64,000 nt of DNA from a virus. The stretch lies in the UHGV virus genome UHGV-0287696; one strand, given 5' to 3'. The position numbers were made by a program, and so were the translations under genes. A model generated the notes under the pieces. It saw only the letters and a list, made by a program, of their open reading frames with translations. It made no database searches and had not been told where the DNA came from. This document shows positions 18,123-28,201 of the stretch, piece by piece (position 1 is the first letter of the stretch; each line of letters opens with the position of its first letter).

Positions 18123-19619
18123 ATGGCAGGCCCAACTAAGCAAGTTATCGGTGAAGTAATTCGTCCACGTTTTAACGTTTACACCATCATGGATCATGCC
18201 TTAGGTAACTACGAAAAAGGTGAAGATGGTTTGTACTACCTTAACGGTGGTTTTGCCCACATCATGGGTTTCGCAGGTCGCGGTAACACCTTTAAATCCA
18301 CCTTGTTAGATTTCTGTATCTTCCAAATCCTGCAACGTTATAAAGCAGAGTGGGGTTCTAAGTACGATACAGAAGTGTCCGCTGCCCTCGATCGTTTAGA
18401 AACTGGGTACATCTCTGCCATGAACGCCAACGGTATCGACGACGGAACATCCGTACTGGAGCTTATCCACGAAGGTCGTTATAACCTGGTCGGTTCTGAC
18501 GTAATGCCTGGGGAACAGTATTACAGTGATTATATTCGTGATGAAGTTGAAAAACGCTTCAAACAGTATATGTCTGGTAAAACCCGCGTAACACCGTTCC
18601 CCGATCCGGTTCGTCGCAAGTTAAAAGAAATCCTGGACCCCTGGCTTTATTCTATCGACTCCCTGTCAGAGTGGCATTCCAGTTCACTGGAAGACAAGCA
18701 CGCAAAAACGGATATTGGGGATTCTGATCAGAACATCCTGAACGCCCACGACGCACTGCAAAAATCGAATATGATGAGCCGCTGGCCGTCTGCGTTTGCA
18801 CGCGGTGGTTTTTACATGGGCTTCGTGGCACAGATGGCCGATGACTCTGGGAAAGCGATGGCGGGTGGCCGACAGGCACAAAAAGCAAATGCGAAAATTC
18901 TCGACGACGCCAACGACGATTTAAAATTCGCAGGTATTCCTCGCCGTCAGCTTAGCTTTTTAACAAACTCTTTTATCGTCGCGACGAAATCAGGGGAACT
19001 GAAGAAAGACCAGAGCTATAACGCACAGACCGGTGTTAACGAAGAACTTTATCCGACGTCACGTTCTAAAGCGATGAATGCGTCGGTAAACGACTTGAAG
19101 ATTATCACCTTTACCCAGTATCGTGCGAAGGGTGGTCACACCGGTGTGAAATTTCAGATGATCTTCTCTCAGGAAATGGGTCTGTTATATCACCTGAGCC
19201 TGTGGCACTATTTAAGTGACACGCTGAAGAAGTCAGACTTTGGTTTCACATCAAGCGGTAGTGGCGGCTCCATCAAAGAACTGGACATTCTACCTGGTGT
19301 GAAATTCCAACGCACGACAATCCGTGATATGATTTCTGATAACGCCCGCTTACGTCGCGCTTTAGAAATCACTGCGGCAATTGCGTATATGCAAAACAAC
19401 TACCATCGTCTTGAAATGAAGTATCATCTCAGCATGGGTGAGATTTACAAACTGATTGACGAAAAGTGGGACTGGAATGAAATTCTGGATAACACGGTAG
19501 AATACTGGATGTTTAAAGACCAGGAAACCAAAGGCGGTAAACGTACACTGACTGCACGTACCATTCTGGGTATGGCTGTCGATGGACTAGAACCGAAGTT
19601 CCTGACGAAAAAGAAATAA
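18123..19619 (+). CDS. RecA/UvsX-family recombinase
   Basis: TIMDHALGN...GG...IMGFAGRGNTFKSTLL parallels the UvsX region around its P-loop (recalled as ...AGPSKSFKSNFGL...); Walker-B-like LYSIDSLSEW. Confidence 0.5.
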   Translation: MAGPTKQVIGEVIRPRFNVYTIMDHALGNYEKGEDGLYYLNGGFAHIMGFAGRGNTFKSTLLDFCIFQILQRYKAEWGSKYDTEVSAALDRLETGYISAMNANGIDDGTSVLELIHEGRYNLVGSDVMPGEQYYSDYIRDEVEKRFKQYMSGKTRVTPFPDPVRRKLKEILDPWLYSIDSLSEWHSSSLEDKHAKTDIGDSDQNILNAHDALQKSNMMSRWPSAFARGGFYMGFVAQMADDSGKAMAGGRQAQKANAKILDDANDDLKFAGIPRRQLSFLTNSFIVATKSGELKKDQSYNAQTGVNEELYPTSRSKAMNASVNDLKIITFTQYRAKGGHTGVKFQMIFSQEMGLLYHLSLWHYLSDTLKKSDFGFTSSGSGGSIKELDILPGVKFQRTTIRDMISDNARLRRALEITAAIAYMQNNYHRLEMKYHLSMGEIYKLIDEKWDWNEILDNTVEYWMFKDQETKGGKRTLTARTILGMAVDGLEPKFLTKKK

Positions 19620-19626
19620 ATAGGCT

Positions 19627-19648
19627 CGGGTAGGGTAAACCCTACCCG
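19627..19648 (+). other. stem-loop without U-tract immediately upstream of an RBS
   Basis: CGGGTAGGG-TAAA-CCCTACCCG followed directly by AGGAG and the start of the next gene. Confidence 0.4.
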
Positions 19649-19663
19649 ACCTAAGGAGTCATC

Positions 19664-19963
19664 ATGCGTTATCAAACGGAGATTGTGGAACGCTTAAGTG
19701 AAGGATTGGCAAGTGTTAATTTAGAAACAGCGGCCGAATTTCGTGAAGCCTTCACTCACCCGTTTCCCGATCTGGAATCCTTTTGTTTAAAGGTCGCTGA
19801 GTATTACTCGAATCTATTAGTACGTTACGGGTATGCGCCAGTACGTTCCGAACTTCCTGAAAACACGGAAGCTATCAGCTACTGGATTGACCTGCTTGAA
19901 GCAGAAACGTTATCCAATTTACGTAAGGCGGTAGACAATGAAACTCGAACCAGCGCGGCGTAA
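19664..19963 (+). CDS. hypothetical protein
   Basis: ORF with AGGAG upstream. Confidence 0.35.
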   Translation: MRYQTEIVERLSEGLASVNLETAAEFREAFTHPFPDLESFCLKVAEYYSNLLVRYGYAPVRSELPENTEAISYWIDLLEAETLSNLRKAVDNETRTSAA

Positions 19964-20606
19964 AAAGGCGGAAGCCTACGCCTTACAAATCTTAAAGTTG
20001 GTAGACCCTTCTGGCATCAATGCTGAAGCCGCGAAGAAAGCCTTCGCACGAATGACCGACGAACAGTTTAACCGACTTCGTAACGGTTTGCCTATTTACA
20101 ACCCGGTGGGAAGTAAAGTCGAAATTGACCACCTGCGCAATATCGAGGTGTGCAAAATTCTCGGGGTAAACCTGGAGCAACGACTCTGGTTAACAGAACC
20201 AAAAACGGGTGTCTATCACCGTACTCGTTACCCTCACTTAGTCTTACGCTTGCCTGTCCGTCGTCAGACACAGATGCAAGAAAAGAAAATGGCGGTTGCG
20301 AAAAACGACAAAGTTCGCGATAAGCTCTCCGGTCAAGTTGTCGGACCTTCCAAAGCATCTGGGGTGTCCTTCCCAGAGGCATACATCATGTATTCCGATG
20401 GCCACGACTGGACACTGAAAGAGTTCCTGTGGGCGCGTGGTGGTAACGACGCACTACAACGTGCTTTCTATCAATCGCTGCGCCAAACCGGTAAAGGGCG
20501 TATTGATTTGCCTGGAGCGGAGCGAACGAGTTCTAAAGCAACGCGTACGTGGTCAGCGTACCTAAAAGCGATGCATATCGGTAACAACATAGGCCATCCG
20601 TCATGA
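19938..20606 (+). CDS. hypothetical protein
   Basis: ORF overlapping the previous gene by 26 nt. Confidence 0.4.
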   Translation: MKLEPARRKKAEAYALQILKLVDPSGINAEAAKKAFARMTDEQFNRLRNGLPIYNPVGSKVEIDHLRNIEVCKILGVNLEQRLWLTEPKTGVYHRTRYPHLVLRLPVRRQTQMQEKKMAVAKNDKVRDKLSGQVVGPSKASGVSFPEAYIMYSDGHDWTLKEFLWARGGNDALQRAFYQSLRQTGKGRIDLPGAERTSSKATRTWSAYLKAMHIGNNIGHPS

Positions 20607-21325
20607 GATTATCTCGGCGTTTCTTAATCGATATTGATACGTTATTTGATACGCGTTTAGGTTGGGTAAAAGCCGTTAAACCTGAAAGCTTAGCATTGCT
20701 AGACTACGACGTTTATCGTCGTCGCTATACAGAAGCTTGGGCTGGCGTACTCGGATTTGAAAAATGGGATGAAGAGTGGCGGAAGCGGGATAAGCGCGCG
20801 TTGATTAATGCGCAACCTACTGAATTATTGGCAACAATGAAAAACGAATTCGAGTGTATGTTGCTTGAAATCGAAATGCATTCGCCAATTGAAAAACCCA
20901 CTCTGACCATCAATACGTGGCCTTATACGGATTTAACAGGCGAAGAACTTCAAGCCTTTTTGAATCTGTTTCGGATGTACTACAATAACGTACAAGTTGA
21001 ATTGGTGTCTTGGTCGTTAGAAGATCTCACACCGGGGAGATTGTCGTTGGCGTGGGATTGCTGGATAATGTACGATTGGTTCGAGTGGATTAAGCTTAAT
21101 GCTACGCACTTGAAAAAACCGATTCCGAGCTTTACCATCACACACCCTGCCATGCTCACACCAGAACTGACCGGAGTGTTGGTTGAACAAATCAAACAAG
21201 ACGGCGTTAACCCGTTTAAGGAACATATCCGGTTTATGGCAGAGTGGGTCGGTGTCGACCCACGAGATGCCGCTTTATTTAGTCTTGCTCGCCCTGCTCA
21301 GGACGTGCAAACGCCGCCGTCATAA
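20603..21325 (+). CDS. hypothetical protein
   Basis: ATGA start-stop overlap with the upstream gene. Confidence 0.4.
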   Translation: MRLSRRFLIDIDTLFDTRLGWVKAVKPESLALLDYDVYRRRYTEAWAGVLGFEKWDEEWRKRDKRALINAQPTELLATMKNEFECMLLEIEMHSPIEKPTLTINTWPYTDLTGEELQAFLNLFRMYYNNVQVELVSWSLEDLTPGRLSLAWDCWIMYDWFEWIKLNATHLKKPIPSFTITHPAMLTPELTGVLVEQIKQDGVNPFKEHIRFMAEWVGVDPRDAALFSLARPAQDVQTPPS

Positions 21326-21743
21326 TGGACTTAACATCGATTTGTTCGCCTACTGGTGCCAGCTCCCCTTCTGTTACTTCAACATCAGGAATAACAGGAA
21401 CGGGGGGCTGGTAGCCCTGGGTTTCTTCGATTTCCTCATCGTGACGACGTATTTTGATATTACCGCGTTGCATGAGGATGCTATTAAGTGCATTCGCCAA
21501 ATCTTGGTTAGCTTCGCTGTTTTTCTGTGCAGCAGCGACGCGACGTTTGGAAATGATTTGTTTATCGACGTCGTTAAGCAAAGACCCCAGCCGGTCTACC
21601 GTTTTCAAGTCTTTGTGTGCTTGAGGATCGTCTAAGATGAGATTCACAATCCGTACACGGGCTTGTTGCGTTTGGCGGAGAAGCGATTCTTCGTCGTCCA
21701 CATCTCCATCAAACGCCTGATATTTCACTTCTTCGTCAGCCAT
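21279..21743 (-). CDS. acidic hypothetical protein (154 aa)
   Basis: Lone minus-strand ORF filling a 490-bp gap between plus-strand genes; GAGG upstream; strongly net-negative composition with acidic termini. Confidence 0.4.
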   Translation of the reverse strand: MADEEVKYQAFDGDVDDEESLLRQTQQARVRIVNLILDDPQAHKDLKTVDRLGSLLNDVDKQIISKRRVAAAQKNSEANQDLANALNSILMQRGNIKIRRHDEEIEETQGYQPPVPVIPDVEVTEGELAPVGEQIDVKSIMTAAFARPEQGEQD

Positions 21744-21814
21744 TCTTACTACCTCAATTTCAAAAAGAAGTCAGACAGATATTATCTACGTGAGACATTC
21801 TTTAGGAGTGAATT

Positions 21815-22363
21815 ATGTTAACAGGAATAATAACTCGTTTTAAACAACGGTTAGAGAATAATCGTTTAAAAGCCCTCAGAGAGTCTCTGAAGCAGGAGTT
21901 CCATAAGAACACCCACAACCCCTATGTCAGAGTCTTTACCGGCTTACAATTGCTTACGTTGCCTTTAAACATAAACGAAGAACCTTTTCGTCCCAGCCTT
22001 CGCGGTTTCCTCGAATTGCGTATTAATAACATTGATCTTGTTTATCAACGTTTGGCATTTCTCATTAATGAATACCAACGAGCAATTAACAGGAGTTCAA
22101 TCGAATGGCTGCCATTACCTGACGCTTTAAATAAACGAAACGACTTGGCGGAATACCGATGGCTAGACACTTATTTTGGGACGTCCAGTCCTGAGGTTGC
22201 CGCTTATAAGCTGGGTAAATTACTCGCGCTAATTCAACCCTATGAATCGGCGTTCCTTAAACCGGAGTCCGACGAAGACAAAGCGCTGGTAAATCAAACT
22301 GCGCATTTATTCCGGGAGTTGGAAACGTTGATTGAACACTACCTTTTAGAACGTCCTATTTAA
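21815..22363 (+). CDS. hypothetical protein
   Basis: ORF with AGGAG upstream. Confidence 0.4.
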   Translation: MLTGIITRFKQRLENNRLKALRESLKQEFHKNTHNPYVRVFTGLQLLTLPLNINEEPFRPSLRGFLELRINNIDLVYQRLAFLINEYQRAINRSSIEWLPLPDALNKRNDLAEYRWLDTYFGTSSPEVAAYKLGKLLALIQPYESAFLKPESDEDKALVNQTAHLFRELETLIEHYLLERPI

Positions 22364-22393
22364 TAAACCAGTAACCCCTTGTAACAAGGTGAT

Positions 22394-23239
22394 GTGATGG
22401 ATAGCAAAAAAGTAAGTGTGGTCGTGGACGCTGAAGACGAACGTGCAGGCGGACCACTTCAAACACTATATTGGAATTATAAAGAATTGATCGGATGGAA
22501 GCCTTCGGATTATAAACTCGCCGTCGCCAAACATATTCTGTCTCCAGAATTTAAAACACGTTCAAAAGCAACGATGGACGATCGAATACAACGTATCTCC
22601 ACGAAGCTGAGTTCAGGTAACATCCCTGCACTACCTGTCGATCTTACCTGGCGAGGTTTTACAGAAGGGTTGGTGATTACCGGAGTGGAGACACTGCGGA
22701 TTTGTGTAACCACTTACCGAGGACACTTCAAAACAAAAACCGTATCTGAAATTACCACACGCGTGCGTGAAGATCTCGCTCGGGATTTGTTCGAAGATAA
22801 CGACGAACGACCTAAAGAGTCTGCAACTGCGCAATTGAACCGTTATTTCCAGAACTGTGGTGAGACCGCAAAGATGATGGTACATCCGTTATCTCGGCTA
22901 ACTTGGACTATCTTCGCAAACATGAAAATGAATGCGGACTGGTGGTACCGTCTTTCCACAAACTTCGTTAACGATCCTGCTAACTGTGAACAGACGCCGT
23001 CGAAACGAAATGATTTGCGGCACAACATGCAGCACAATCTAAGGTTAAAAAAGAAGTTTTCCTGGAAATGGTTTATGAGGGTACTCAAGGCAATTGATGT
23101 TCGTAGTTTCGAAATCCTTCTGACCTTAAGGCGTCAGAAAGACAATAAAATCTACGAAGTTCAGGTCACGGTAAACCTTGACGAATACCAAATTGGAGAC
23201 CAGAATGAAAATCGACCAAATAACCAGTCAGATAAATAA
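22394..23239 (+). CDS. hypothetical protein
   Basis: ORF with AAGGTGA upstream. Confidence 0.4.
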   Translation: MMDSKKVSVVVDAEDERAGGPLQTLYWNYKELIGWKPSDYKLAVAKHILSPEFKTRSKATMDDRIQRISTKLSSGNIPALPVDLTWRGFTEGLVITGVETLRICVTTYRGHFKTKTVSEITTRVREDLARDLFEDNDERPKESATAQLNRYFQNCGETAKMMVHPLSRLTWTIFANMKMNADWWYRLSTNFVNDPANCEQTPSKRNDLRHNMQHNLRLKKKFSWKWFMRVLKAIDVRSFEILLTLRRQKDNKIYEVQVTVNLDEYQIGDQNENRPNNQSDK

Positions 23240-24479
23240 AGGTCAGTCAGCAATCGATAATTCCGTTAATACGGCAAAGAACGCCGCAAACCGCGTACAA
23301 TCGACGGTGGAGAATGCGGAGCGTGGTATTAAAAGCACGGTCGATAGCGTCAACCGATTATCAGAACGTGCTGGTGAAACATTCAACAAACTGATTAGCG
23401 GCGGCAACGAACTGACCAGCAAAATTGGTAACCTTTTTGGCGGTAGCGATACCGCCAGTGTTGGGGGAAGTAAGACTGCGGGGAGTTCGGCTTCCGGTGT
23501 ATCTCCGGGACAAAAAGTTCCCGGGTTTGCATCTAATACCAAAGAAACACTTCCTGTCCTCGACCCACAAAAGCGTGACGTTTCTGAACCTTTTAAGAAA
23601 AAGGATGAAGATGGTCTAAAAGCGCTAGACTACCTAAGTCCGGGTGGGATGGGGAAACTGTTAAATAAAGGGTGGGACAGCATCGGTAGCTTAACCGACT
23701 CTGTTTTATCAGGTATCGGCACCGACTTTAACTCAGTGAAAAAACGTCTCGAAGGGACGATGAACATTGCTGGGCAACTGGCTAAACTCCCCTCGGAAGT
23801 TAGTCAAGAAGTCAACGGCTTTATGTCCGAAGTCAACAGTATGCGTTATCAAATCACCTCGATCGTTGATGACGTACAGCATACTTTCGACAGCTACAAA
23901 GACTTAGACGACTTCTTAGCCATCGATAACCTGATTAACAGCTTTAAAGGCAGCAACAGTTTCTCCACGTTAGATATTAATACCTCTTCGGCGTTGATTT
24001 ATGGCCTGTCTACCAAACTGAACAGTTATGGTCTACCGGCTAAAATCGAACCGATGCTTCAAGCGATTACCGATGCGCAAGCGAAAGAGGTACTGTACGG
24101 CGAGCTGATGATTCAGGCAGCAGCGACAGGTAATCTGGATTCAACGGAATACTATCTAGATAAACTCCAACCGGGGCAAGGGACTCAGATCGCAACCACT
24201 GTTATCCAGAACCTCATGGCTAACCTTCGGGTTGAACCCGGTGTCAGTTTCAAAACGTATGGCACTCGTCTATTAACGTTATTTAAAGGATTAGATGCAA
24301 AATGGGACAAAGCGAAAAACATCACGCCAGAAATGACTGAACTTAAACTTTACACCTATGCAGGCGTAAATGCGATTCAGGCGCTACTGACCACCGAGAA
24401 ACGCAATTACGTGATTGCTGCAGGCAGTGTAAGTTACCAGTCTACCGATAAAATCGTGGAAGACTATTTTGCAATTTAA
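23205..24479 (+). CDS. hypothetical protein (Ser/Gly-rich N-terminal region)
   Basis: ATG at 23205 with GGAG upstream (ORF track starts at an upstream TTG, 23178). Confidence 0.4.
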   Translation: MKIDQITSQINKGQSAIDNSVNTAKNAANRVQSTVENAERGIKSTVDSVNRLSERAGETFNKLISGGNELTSKIGNLFGGSDTASVGGSKTAGSSASGVSPGQKVPGFASNTKETLPVLDPQKRDVSEPFKKKDEDGLKALDYLSPGGMGKLLNKGWDSIGSLTDSVLSGIGTDFNSVKKRLEGTMNIAGQLAKLPSEVSQEVNGFMSEVNSMRYQITSIVDDVQHTFDSYKDLDDFLAIDNLINSFKGSNSFSTLDINTSSALIYGLSTKLNSYGLPAKIEPMLQAITDAQAKEVLYGELMIQAAATGNLDSTEYYLDKLQPGQGTQIATTVIQNLMANLRVEPGVSFKTYGTRLLTLFKGLDAKWDKAKNITPEMTELKLYTYAGVNAIQALLTTEKRNYVIAAGSVSYQSTDKIVEDYFAI

Positions 24480-24489
24480 GAGGCCGGTT

Positions 24490-25311
24490 ATGTCCGAACC
24501 ACAATTACTGCGTTCCGTATTAAAGAAGATCAAAAGCCAGGGTGAAGACAATCACGCTTTGGCATTAACGCTGGGTTATCAACCTGGGCGAAATAATCCT
24601 AATGGATACGTTAACGCGTCAAACATCGTGCTTACTCCTGATGAGCGCTTTGTTTATGTCCTATACCTTCGTCGTTTAGGCTACGTTTGTGCGTTACCCG
24701 AAAAACTCCCTTTTACCGATGGTATCAACCATCTTAACCTTTACTCTAACGGTCGTACTACCGTAGGGAAAATGATCAGTAACTTCTACGCACAACCTAA
24801 CGGTGCGAAATTCGACACAATTCACGGTCAGTTTTTAACGCTAGAAGGCTACTATCATTATTTAAGGATCGTAGACTATCTGTTCTACAAAGGCTACGGA
24901 ATAAACGCTTTGGGTCGTTTGGAAACTGAATATCCTGACATCCGTTTATTACGCACCCTGACTGGGGCTGAATGTATACAACGCGGTCGGCGATTAAAGG
25001 CGAGTATTTACGGGGGCACGGATTATCGGCCTGGCGAGTTTAGCAATTACGCGAACGGTGCATTTCAAAACGCATTACTGCGTAAACTCCGACTCTTGAA
25101 GTTTGACGGAAGCTGCTTAGGTAATGTGTTATCGTACTGCCATTCGATGGGATTACCGTTCTTGCATTACTACGTTATGAACGGCCGGGTTATTACACCA
25201 CCCCATTCGGAATGGCTTCCTAATCTGGTGGTTTCTATTGTAGAAAACATCGACTTTAACGACACAACGTTCGACATTACGAGCGTCAGTGAAAGTATGG
25301 GATTAATCTAA
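24490..25311 (+). CDS. hypothetical protein
   Basis: ATG at 24490 with AAGAGG upstream (ORF track starts at 24469). Confidence 0.4.
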   Translation: MSEPQLLRSVLKKIKSQGEDNHALALTLGYQPGRNNPNGYVNASNIVLTPDERFVYVLYLRRLGYVCALPEKLPFTDGINHLNLYSNGRTTVGKMISNFYAQPNGAKFDTIHGQFLTLEGYYHYLRIVDYLFYKGYGINALGRLETEYPDIRLLRTLTGAECIQRGRRLKASIYGGTDYRPGEFSNYANGAFQNALLRKLRLLKFDGSCLGNVLSYCHSMGLPFLHYYVMNGRVITPPHSEWLPNLVVSIVENIDFNDTTFDITSVSESMGLI

Positions 25312-25970
25312 TGGGATTATTCGATACCCTTGCGCAATTGGAAAAAGCGCAGGAAGAAGAGGTTATTCGCGTTGCGGGCGAATCCATTAAACGCGAAGTG
25401 GAAAAGGAATATTGCGTCTGGGTTAAACCTACGCAAGCGGGATGGGATTGGCTGCACGCACAGTCCACTAAGATGTTCATGGACATCCTCATGCCGATAG
25501 AAGGTGGGCGACGCCGTATCCGTATTAAAGAAGACGGTACAGCACAGCTAACGCTTAAGCGTAAATTCCTGGACGGAAAGGTTGAAGAGAATTCGGATAT
25601 CGGTATTAGTTCTGCACTCTCTTTTTACAAGGACGGTTATTTGGCACACCTGGTGAAACGTATTCACTTAGAACCGGGTGAATTAGCCGATAAAGGTGCT
25701 AAGCATTGGGATATTGATATTTTCACGATCACCACCGGACACCCCGCAATTGAAGTTTCGAGTGACTTTAACGATCTCCTCACTGAGATGCGTAGCAGTA
25801 CCAGCGTCGGTGACTGGGTGAAAGTTGAACTGGAAGTCGAGCGTTACGAGATTGCGGATGTTCTGTCTGTGATTCCTTTTGAATTCGATGGCCACATTCC
25901 GGCTACGCCAAAAGATCCTGAAGACCAAGAATATCTTCGTGATTACTGGGATTCAGTTACCCGTATGTAA
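25311..25970 (+). CDS. hypothetical protein
   Basis: TAATG overlap with the upstream gene; terminator downstream. Confidence 0.4.
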   Translation: MGLFDTLAQLEKAQEEEVIRVAGESIKREVEKEYCVWVKPTQAGWDWLHAQSTKMFMDILMPIEGGRRRIRIKEDGTAQLTLKRKFLDGKVEENSDIGISSALSFYKDGYLAHLVKRIHLEPGELADKGAKHWDIDIFTITTGHPAIEVSSDFNDLLTEMRSSTSVGDWVKVELEVERYEIADVLSVIPFEFDGHIPATPKDPEDQEYLRDYWDSVTRM

Positions 25971-25976
25971 CACCTA

Positions 25977-26014
25977 CCCTACTCCTGACTAGGAGTAGGG
26001 TATTTTCATTTTTT
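25977..26014 (+). terminator. intrinsic terminator (CCCTACTCC stem family)
   Basis: CCCTACTCCT-GACT-AGGAGTAGGG followed by TATTTTCATTTTTT. Confidence 0.6.
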
Positions 26015-26033
26015 ACCCTAAAGGAGAATTACC

Positions 26034-26402
26034 ATGCAAGCTCAGTTTTTTAGTACACCCAAAGGTTTCGGTTTTAAATTCCCTGAATTTGTTTTACCAA
26101 AACAAGTTATTGAAGTACCCTTCCCCCGTTATGTGCAATTAGGACTGCGCACTGTACTTGCCAACTTTTCGGGAAAGACTGTGGAAATTCGTGTGTGGGA
26201 AGGTTCGGGAAGCCCTGGTGGTGTTATGTTTGTTGATTACAATTGGATTAAAAGAACAGGTTTTCCGCTTGTACGAACAGTTGAGGCTGCTCGTGGATTA
26301 CCCTTCCACGCTCTACTGGAAGATATAACGTTACCTGTAACTGGCGATTATTCTTCTCCTGCGGATGACGAATACCAAATTCATCTTGTTTTGTTGAAAT
26401 GA
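26034..26402 (+). CDS. hypothetical protein
   Basis: ORF with AGGAG upstream. Confidence 0.4.
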   Translation: MQAQFFSTPKGFGFKFPEFVLPKQVIEVPFPRYVQLGLRTVLANFSGKTVEIRVWEGSGSPGGVMFVDYNWIKRTGFPLVRTVEAARGLPFHALLEDITLPVTGDYSSPADDEYQIHLVLLK

Positions 26403-26462
26403 TTTTTACAGTTGGGAACAGACTTATGTCTCCCAAGACTGCGTTTAAGCGGAGAAACAATT

Positions 26463-27011
26463 ATGCGTGGATATATTCTCGATCTTGCAATTTCTGTAGA
26501 AGAACTTGTGGAAAAACTCGGCGGTACTGGTCGCGGACTTCATGAGAAGACCGAAAGCATAGCTCATCTTCTCGAACCAAAATACGTACGGAAACTCCAC
26601 ATGATTGCTTCCGTTCGCAACAAATCCAACCACAGGAGAATTCTTCCTGATCGCATAGACGTCTATGAACAAGCTGTGGAAGAAACCAGGCTCTATTTAG
26701 AAGATCTGATTAGGAAAATTGAAGAACGGAAACGTCAAAGGGCTGCAGAAATGAATGCCAGAACAGCGGAGATAAACGCCAAATACCTAGACCGCGAAGC
26801 GTTGTGGCAACAGGTAGAAGACGAGATCGAACGTAATGAAGTTGAGACGGAACGCATGAGGGCGCAAGCCTTCTCAGCGAATACAGACTCGTCTACTACG
26901 GAAGAGAAGAAATGGTCTGATTTGACTGTGATAGAAAAGATAGGTTGGGGTGCCGGTATTGCAATCATGGGAGCTGCGGTTGCGTACCTTAAAATAAAGT
27001 CTCGTGACTAA
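26463..27011 (+). CDS. membrane-anchored protein with HEPN-like R-x4-H motif
   Basis: ATG at 26463 with GGAGAAAC upstream; motif IASVRNKSNHR; coiled-coil region; C-terminal hydrophobic anchor IGWGAGIAIMGAAVAYL. Confidence 0.4.
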   Translation: MRGYILDLAISVEELVEKLGGTGRGLHEKTESIAHLLEPKYVRKLHMIASVRNKSNHRRILPDRIDVYEQAVEETRLYLEDLIRKIEERKRQRAAEMNARTAEINAKYLDREALWQQVEDEIERNEVETERMRAQAFSANTDSSTTEEKKWSDLTVIEKIGWGAGIAIMGAAVAYLKIKSRD

Positions 27012-27025
27012 ATCGGGTATCGGAA

Positions 27026-27571
27026 ATGAAACAAATACAGTTAACTGATCACGTTAATGCGTTTAAACACTTTCTGGATAACGCGGGTATAAAACCTGGC
27101 GAACAGACAGACGCATGGACTGCACGTGTTTATGGAAGTATTGGCAAAGTCTGTGAATCCACGACAACACACGATGGGTTGTTTGTTGCTAAAGCAGTAG
27201 GTATTGCCTTGTGGGATCTTGCTGCCTTGGTTTACGTGATGAATAACGGGGATTTACGTCCCCTTGAAAAATCGTTACACAGACTACTAGCCATTAAGAA
27301 ATGGAAAAACGAACATCCTGAGACAATCGCGGTGACGTTGATGCCGGAAGCGGTACTTGCTATCAAAGCGGTACGCAGTTGTACCGCACGCGCACAAATG
27401 GAGCGTCGACTACACCTCACGACGCTCTTTTATCAGTTGGCTAGAATTGTAAAGATGAACGGCCTAATCTTCGACCGGGTTCTACAAAACGGACGTATAA
27501 GTTGGACAGAAGAACTAAGCAGTTCTCCGTTCTATACAAAACTAAAGCTTAAAGACATTTTGAAGGATTAA
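27026..27571 (+). CDS. hypothetical protein
   Basis: ORF in a coupled gene series. Confidence 0.4.
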   Translation: MKQIQLTDHVNAFKHFLDNAGIKPGEQTDAWTARVYGSIGKVCESTTTHDGLFVAKAVGIALWDLAALVYVMNNGDLRPLEKSLHRLLAIKKWKNEHPETIAVTLMPEAVLAIKAVRSCTARAQMERRLHLTTLFYQLARIVKMNGLIFDRVLQNGRISWTEELSSSPFYTKLKLKDILKD

Positions 27572-27572
27572 C

Positions 27573-27881
27573 ATGGAAAACTATTCGGGTTGGGCAATTT
27601 CGCAGTGCATTGGTTATTCTTTACGTTCTTTAGTGCGTACACTTTATAACAAAAACTCAGGCGAAGCTATTACACCGCAGTTACTGGGCAAATTGGAAGT
27701 CGAAGTTAACCACAAATTAAAGCAGTTACTCGAGAGCCACGTAAGAACAATGCGTTGGGAGTTCTTGCTACGTGGTAAGAAGCCAACAATTACCGTTGTA
27801 GCAGAAGGCAGTGAAATCGTACTGCAATCCAACGCAGACCTATTTGAAATTTTAACTGAACTCGAAAAGGACAAAATCTGA
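27573..27881 (+). CDS. hypothetical protein
   Basis: Starts 2 nt after the upstream stop. Confidence 0.35.
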   Translation: MENYSGWAISQCIGYSLRSLVRTLYNKNSGEAITPQLLGKLEVEVNHKLKQLLESHVRTMRWEFLLRGKKPTITVVAEGSEIVLQSNADLFEILTELEKDKI

Positions 27882-28201
27882 TGGTTACGAACGACAATAT
27901 CAAGAAAAAGATTGACGAAATTATAAGCGTCAGTTTAGATAGAATCGAATTAATTCCCGAAACTAAGGAGATCAAATATTACGTTCCTGCGGACGAACTA
28001 TTTCCAGGTCTTCTTAGAATCTCACCAAAAAAGGTTGAAGAGGCTAAACGACAATTCGAAGTTCGTGGCCTTAAGGTTGACATTGTTAACAAAAAACATT
28101 TCCATGTAACGTATAGCCAGGAAAACATTATATTTAGTCCTGAACAAGCGCAACGTAATTTAGATATTTTAACGAAACGAATGGGGAATAATAACAAATG
28201 A
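27881..28201 (+). CDS. hypothetical protein
   Basis: TGATG overlap with the upstream gene. Confidence 0.35.
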   Translation: MVTNDNIKKKIDEIISVSLDRIELIPETKEIKYYVPADELFPGLLRISPKKVEEAKRQFEVRGLKVDIVNKKHFHVTYSQENIIFSPEQAQRNLDILTKRMGNNNK

